From assembly GCA_037447435.1 (NCBI GenBank), contig JBBIGR010000025.1, positions 1-64,000 of the forward strand: a stretch of DNA of 64,000 nt, written 5' to 3'. Under the pieces are notes generated by a model. That model worked only from the letters and a program-made list of their open reading frames with translations. It did no database searches and had not been told where the DNA came from. The position numbers were made by a program, and so were the translations under genes. Positions 59,256-64,000 of the stretch are shown here, piece by piece (position 1 is the first letter of the stretch; each line of letters begins with the position of its first letter). This DNA comes from Fibrobacteria bacterium (GTDB lineage: Bacteria; Fibrobacterota; Chitinivibrionia; Chitinivibrionales; FEN-1185).

Positions 59256-59792
59256 ATGCTGCAAAATTTTTTGAAAAAATATTTCGGACGTTCGCTGTGG
59301 GTATATCACTGCAATAGCGGCGGATGCAATGGATGCGATATCGAAGTTGTCAACGTTTTGACTCCCTATTACGATGTCGAACGTTTCGGTATCAAGCTTG
59401 TCGGGTCTCCGCGCCATGCCGATGTGATGCTATTCCAGGGGCCTGCCGGTCTTGCAACCGCTCCTGCTTTAAAACGCGCCTATGATGCGATGCCCAATCC
59501 CAAGCTCGTGTTTGCCATCGGGTCTTGCGCCTGCGGCGGCGGAGTCTGGTACGATTCGTACAATATCATCGGCCCCGTCGAGAAAGTCATTCCTGTCAAC
59601 TATTACATTCCCGGCTGCCCTCCTCGCCCGGAAGCGATCGTGTACGGCGTGGCATTGGCATTAAATCTTGTCAAGAAGAACGCGGTGCCGACAAAATACC
59701 ATCCCGTCGAGTTGCCCATAGTACGGTATCATCCGGATGAAATCGTGGCCATCAACGGTTGGGACACGTATGAAAAGCTGGAGAAAGTGTAA
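59256..59792 (+). CDS. hycG: Hydrogenase small subunit (HycG/HyfI, NuoB family)
   Basis: GGCNGCDIE, YDVERFG, SPRHAD, GSCACGGG, IPGCPPRP. Confidence 0.92.
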   Translation: MLQNFLKKYFGRSLWVYHCNSGGCNGCDIEVVNVLTPYYDVERFGIKLVGSPRHADVMLFQGPAGLATAPALKRAYDAMPNPKLVFAIGSCACGGGVWYDSYNIIGPVEKVIPVNYYIPGCPPRPEAIVYGVALALNLVKKNAVPTKYHPVELPIVRYHPDEIVAINGWDTYEKLEKV

Positions 59793-59797
59793 AGGAC

Positions 59798-60286
59798 ATG
59801 CCGACTCGCCCCGTTGGAAAAATTGCGTTATTGTTTTTGGGAACCATAGCTTCATTTTTGTTTATTACCGGCTGCAGCGCACCGGTAATTCCCCTCTGGT
59901 CGAAAGTCCTCATTAACGGAAAAGAACAGCAACTGGCAATAGATACGCGTTGCGGGTCTTTTTCCATTACAAAGCTCACCGAAGGCGACGGCCCCTTCTT
60001 TGCCCTGCGCGCAAAAAACGATAATGTCCGGGCAAACCACGAACTATTAAAAGCAACGGCATTCCGGAACGGCAAAGCTTTAGAAATGCACAGGCATGAA
60101 AAAAAAGACAGTCTGGATGACTTGTCGTTCACAACGTTTCCCGGAATGCCCGGTGTCATTTTTTTCGGTTTTGGACATACGGCCGCGGATTCGTTTCAGA
60201 TCGATATTTTGGATTGTTTTTCGAATCACGGCTCATACTGCTATGACTCCACCATTACCATTGCCCCCTTCGTCTCAAAGAAATAA
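59798..60286 (+). CDS. Hypothetical lipoprotein
   Basis: Lipobox ITGC after a hydrophobic stretch; starts 5 nt after the hycG stop with AAGGA RBS. Confidence 0.55.
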   Translation: MPTRPVGKIALLFLGTIASFLFITGCSAPVIPLWSKVLINGKEQQLAIDTRCGSFSITKLTEGDGPFFALRAKNDNVRANHELLKATAFRNGKALEMHRHEKKDSLDDLSFTTFPGMPGVIFFGFGHTAADSFQIDILDCFSNHGSYCYDSTITIAPFVSKK

Positions 60287-60573
60287 TCAGATTATTTTTT
60301 TTTCAGGTTGTACGTATTGTTTTATCCGAGTCCTGACCTGATGATTTTCCGAATTTTATATCTCGAAATTCCGGAAGTCTCAATCGTAATTACCAAAAAA
60401 AAGATGCTGTAAATAAAATTGAATCATGGTATAATTCCCCTTTACTAAACTCTGAAATTTTAGGGGCCGATTCCTTGAAAATCGCAGAGGAAACATGTAT
60501 TTTAATAGACTTTTCGTTTTGGTTCTTTTAGGGCGAAAGCCCTTCACTTTTTCCGCTCGAAGGGAGCATTGTA

Positions 60574-63500
60574 ATGGCTAAAAAATTTATTACTTGCGAT
60601 GGTAACTATGCTGCTGCGCATATAGCGTATATGTTCAGCGAAGTTGCCGCAATTTACCCGATCACCCCGTCTTCCACCATGGCAGAATATGTGGACGAAT
60701 GGGCATCTCAGGGACGAAAAAACATTTTCGGCTCTGTCGTTAAAGTCACTGAAATGCAAAGCGAAGCAGGCGCGGCCGGTGCGGTACACGGTTCCTTGCA
60801 AGCCGGTGCCTTGACCACGACTTATACAGCTTCCCAGGGTTTGCTCCTGATGATTCCGAATATGTATAAAATCGCCGGTGAATTGCTTCCCGGTGTTTTC
60901 CATGTTTCTGCACGATCGCTTGCAGCACAGGCTTTATCGATTTTCGGCGACCACAGCGACGTCATGAGCACACGTCAGGCAGGTTTTGCAATGCTCGCAA
61001 CAGGCTCGGTCCAGGAAATAATGGATTTGGCCGCTGTCGCGCATTTGGCATCCATCAAGTCGCGCATTCCGTTCCTTCATTTCTTCGACGGTTTCCGTAC
61101 TTCGCACGAAATCCAGAAAATTGAAGCTGTCGATATGGCCGATCTCGACAAACTGCTTGACAAAAATGCAGTCCAGGCGTTCCGCGACAATGCGCTGAAT
61201 CCCGAACATCCCGTAACGCGCGGAACAGCTCAGAACCCCGACATCTACTTCCAGGCACGCGAGGCGGCAAACCTGTTTTACGATGCAGTGCCGGACATCG
61301 TGGCTCATTATATGGAAGAACTCGGCAAGGTTACCGGACGCAAATATCAGCCGTTCGACTATTACGGCGATCCCAATGCAGAGAATGTCGTTGTGGCAAT
61401 GGGTTCCGTTACCGAAACAACCCGTGAAGTCGTCGATGCATTGATTGCAAAAGGACAAAAGGTCGGATTGCTTGCGGTTCATTTGTATCGTCCGTTCTCG
61501 GCAAAATATTTCTTCAAAGCCATGCCGGCATCTGTCAAACGCATCACCGTGCTCGACCGTACCAAAGAACCGGGCGCAAACGGCGAACCGTTGTACCTTG
61601 ATATTAAAGACTTGTTCTACGGAAAGCAGAACGCCCCGCTCATCGTTGGCGGACGCTACGGACTTTCATCAAAAGACACGACACCTGCGCAGATTTTCTC
61701 GGTTTTCGAGAATATGGCCATGAAGGAACCTAAAAACGGTTTCACCGTCGGAATCACCGACGACGTGTCGTTCTTATCGCTTCCTATTCTTCCTGAAGTC
61801 AATGTTGTTCCCGCAGGCACGTTCCAGGCCAAGTTTTACGGCCTGGGTTCGGACGGTACCGTCGGGGCGAACAAGAACTCCATCAAGATCATCGGTGAAA
61901 CCACCGACAAGTACTGCCAGGCATATTTCGCCTACGATTCCAAGAAATCGGGCGGCGTCACGATTTCGCATCTGCGTTTCGGCGACACCCCTATCCGTTC
62001 GACCTATTTGGTTACCACTCCCGACTTTGTCGCATGCCATGTTCTTTCGTATCTCGACAAATACGACATGCTCAAAGGTTTGAAAAAGGGCGGCACATTC
62101 CTGCTCAATACCATTTGGAGCGAGGAAGAAACCAAAAAGAACATTCCCGACTACATGAAGAAATATATGGCAGAAAACGATATCAAGTTCTATATCATCA
62201 ATGCCACGAAAATCGCCGAAGATCTTGGTTTGGGCAATCGCACCAACACCATCATGCAGGCAGCGTTCTTCAAAATTTCCAACGTCATCGACTATACGCT
62301 TGCTGAAAAAGAAATGAAGAAGATGGTCGTGAAGTCGTATGCCAAAAAAGGCGAAGAAATAGTGACCATGAATAATGCCGCCATCGACCGCGGTACGGAA
62401 TTCACCAAAATCGAAATCCCCGGCGACTGGAAAAACCTTGCCGTTGCCAAGGCCGTTGGGTATGGCGATGTTCCCGAATTCATCAGCAGCTTCGTAATGC
62501 CCGTGACAAAGCTCAAAGGCGACGACCTGCCGGTAAGCATTTTCAAAGGCCGCGAAGACGGTACGCTTCCTGCCGGTACATCGGCATATGAAAAGCGCGC
62601 CATCGCGGTGAATGTTCCCGAATGGATTCCTGAGAATTGCATCCAGTGCAACCAGTGCGCATACGTTTGTCCGCATGCCTGTATCCGTCCGTTCCTGTTT
62701 AACGAACAGGAATTGAAAGGCGCACCGGCCGGAACAAAAACGCTTCCCGCCATGGGTCCCGCACTCAAGGGTTTGCAGTTTAAAATCCAGGTAAGTACGC
62801 TCGACTGCTCCGGTTGCGGCAACTGCGCGGAACGCTGCCCAGCCAAGACCAAAGCGCTTGTCATGAAGCCCATTGCTTCACAGGCAGTCGAGATCGAACG
62901 CTGGAACTACATTGCAAAGAACGTTTCCTACAAAGACACGTTGGTTCCCAAAGACGCAAACGTCAAGAACTCCCAGTTTTCACAGCCGTTGTTCGAATTT
63001 TCGGGCGCATGCGCGGGCTGCGGCGAAACACCGTATATCAAGCTCATCACCCAGATGTTCGGCGACCGTATGATGATCGCCAATGCGACGGGTTGCACCT
63101 CGATTTACGGCGGATCTTCACCGTCGTCACCGTATACCAAAAACGCGGCAGGAAAAGGCCCGGCTTGGGCAAACTCCCTGTTCGAAGACAATGCGGAATA
63201 CGGTTTCGGTATGGCCACCGGCGTTAGCCAGATTCGCGATCAGATCGCCAATTACATGACCGGCGCAATGGACAGCGTCAAGCCGGAAACAAAAGAAGCG
63301 TTCACCAGCTGGCTCGCAGATAAAAACGATGCGAACAAATCCAAGATCGCATCGGAAAAAGTGCTTGCGGCCCTCAAGAACGAAAGCGGCAAATTCGTTG
63401 ACGAAATTCTCAAGCTCAAGCAGTATCTTGTCAAGAAATCCATATGGATTTTCGGCGGAGACGGCTGGGCGTACGATATCGGCTTCGGCGGTTTGGACCA

Positions 63501-64000
63501 TGTTGTCGCCAGCGGCGCGGATGTAAACATCCTCGTTGTGGACACCGAAGTGTATTCCAATACCGGCGGGCAGGCTTCCAAGTCCACTCCTGTCGCCGCT
63601 GTTGCGAAATTCGCGGCATCGGGCAAACGCATCCGCAAAAAAGATCTCGGTATGATCGCCATGAGCTACGGCTACGTGTATGTCGCACAGGTAAATATGG
63701 GCGCCAACCAGAGCCAGTATCTCAAAGCAATCCGCGAAGCCGAAGCTTACGCGGGGCCGTCTCTTATCATCGCGTACGCACCGTGTATCAATCACGGCTT
63801 CCGCAATATGGGAAATTCGCAGATGCAGGCCGAGATGGCCGCAGAATGCGGTTACTGGAGCATGTACCGTTACAATCCGCTTCTGGAAAACGAAGGAAAG
63901 AACCCGTTCCAGCTTGATTCGAAAGAACCGAACTGGGCGAATTTCCAGAAATTCCTCCAGACCGAAGTACGCTACACATCGCTTTCAAAGGCTTTCCCCA
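60574..64000 (+). CDS. nifJ: Pyruvate:ferredoxin (flavodoxin) oxidoreductase, single-chain type, 3' end outside the window
   Basis: Read directly from the DNA (absent from the ORF track): MAKKFITCDGNYAAAH..YPITPSS, EMQSEAGAAG, FFDGFRTSHE, GGRYGLSSKD, GLGSDGTVGANK, CIQCNQCAYVCPH, FEFSGACAGCGETPY, GGDGWAYDIG; GAAGGGAG RBS. Confidence 0.96.
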   Translation, partial: MAKKFITCDGNYAAAHIAYMFSEVAAIYPITPSSTMAEYVDEWASQGRKNIFGSVVKVTEMQSEAGAAGAVHGSLQAGALTTTYTASQGLLLMIPNMYKIAGELLPGVFHVSARSLAAQALSIFGDHSDVMSTRQAGFAMLATGSVQEIMDLAAVAHLASIKSRIPFLHFFDGFRTSHEIQKIEAVDMADLDKLLDKNAVQAFRDNALNPEHPVTRGTAQNPDIYFQAREAANLFYDAVPDIVAHYMEELGKVTGRKYQPFDYYGDPNAENVVVAMGSVTETTREVVDALIAKGQKVGLLAVHLYRPFSAKYFFKAMPASVKRITVLDRTKEPGANGEPLYLDIKDLFYGKQNAPLIVGGRYGLSSKDTTPAQIFSVFENMAMKEPKNGFTVGITDDVSFLSLPILPEVNVVPAGTFQAKFYGLGSDGTVGANKNSIKIIGETTDKYCQAYFAYDSKKSGGVTISHLRFGDTPIRSTYLVTTPDFVACHVLSYLDKYDMLKGLKKGGTFLLNTIWSEEETKKNIPDYMKKYMAENDIKFYIINATKIAEDLGLGNRTNTIMQAAFFKISNVIDYTLAEKEMKKMVVKSYAKKGEEIVTMNNAAIDRGTEFTKIEIPGDWKNLAVAKAVGYGDVPEFISSFVMPVTKLKGDDLPVSIFKGREDGTLPAGTSAYEKRAIAVNVPEWIPENCIQCNQCAYVCPHACIRPFLFNEQELKGAPAGTKTLPAMGPALKGLQFKIQVSTLDCSGCGNCAERCPAKTKALVMKPIASQAVEIERWNYIAKNVSYKDTLVPKDANVKNSQFSQPLFEFSGACAGCGETPYIKLITQMFGDRMMIANATGCTSIYGGSSPSSPYTKNAAGKGPAWANSLFEDNAEYGFGMATGVSQIRDQIANYMTGAMDSVKPETKEAFTSWLADKNDANKSKIASEKVLAALKNESGKFVDEILKLKQYLVKKSIWIFGGDGWAYDIGFGGLDHVVASGADVNILVVDTEVYSNTGGQASKSTPVAAVAKFAASGKRIRKKDLGMIAMSYGYVYVAQVNMGANQSQYLKAIREAEAYAGPSLIIAYAPCINHGFRNMGNSQMQAEMAAECGYWSMYRYNPLLENEGKNPFQLDSKEPNWANFQKFLQTEVRYTSLSKAFP

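Noticed and set aside
54173..59792. Respiratory complex I (nuo) or NiFe-less Ehr/Mbx complex
   Set aside because: Both CxxC Ni-binding motifs, a C-terminal extension and a HycI-like protease are present; no NuoA/J/K.
60544..63988. Multiple minus-strand ORFs (e.g. 61774-62676, 63127-63795)
   Set aside because: All are shadows of the plus-strand nifJ frame, which the track omits because it has no stop codon in the window.
1..64000. CRISPR arrays, tRNA/rRNA genes, transposases, integrases, prophage genes
   Set aside because: None seen by eye, and nearly all sequence is explained by the listed genes. A short tRNA or degenerate element could still be missed without tRNAscan or ISEScan.

Overview
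This is a gene-dense 64 kb chromosomal window from an anaerobic diderm bacterium. The mix of T9SS/FlgD-like C-terminal domains, a DUF2341-LamG lipoprotein and a PEGA protein suggests Fibrobacterota (Chitinivibrionia/Chitinispirillia-like), but that is inference only. From left to right it holds: a TonB-dependent receptor divergent from a set of secreted proteins; a glycan-tailoring cluster (GT4, methyltransferase, flippase-like protein, radical SAM/SPASM, MBOAT, SGNH, GT2); aconitase and DsbD; a cobalamin riboswitch with BtuB/BtuG-like genes; a Ser/Thr kinase operon with a giant DUF2341/LamG lipoprotein; dbpA; a candidate structured ncRNA; a secreted metalloprotease; a STAS-Zn-ribbon protein; ispF; a cold-shock gene; an isolated T6SS tssK-tssL-tssM trio next to a PEGA gene and a paralogous kinase; a group 4 [NiFe]-hydrogenase operon preceded by a Rex-like box; and pyruvate:ferredoxin oxidoreductase, which runs off the end and is missing from the ORF track. 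The best candidate for a new system is the hydrogenase operon. It has a formate-hydrogenlyase-like core, but its FdhF homologue lacks all three catalytic residues (Sec/Cys, His, Arg) and it carries an AsrA/AsrB-type flavin NAD(P)(H) module instead of HycB. This points to an NAD(P)H-coupled membrane hydrogenase with a pseudo-FDH adaptor. I saw no rRNA, tRNA, CRISPR array or transposase. All family calls come from reading motifs by eye; no database searches were run.
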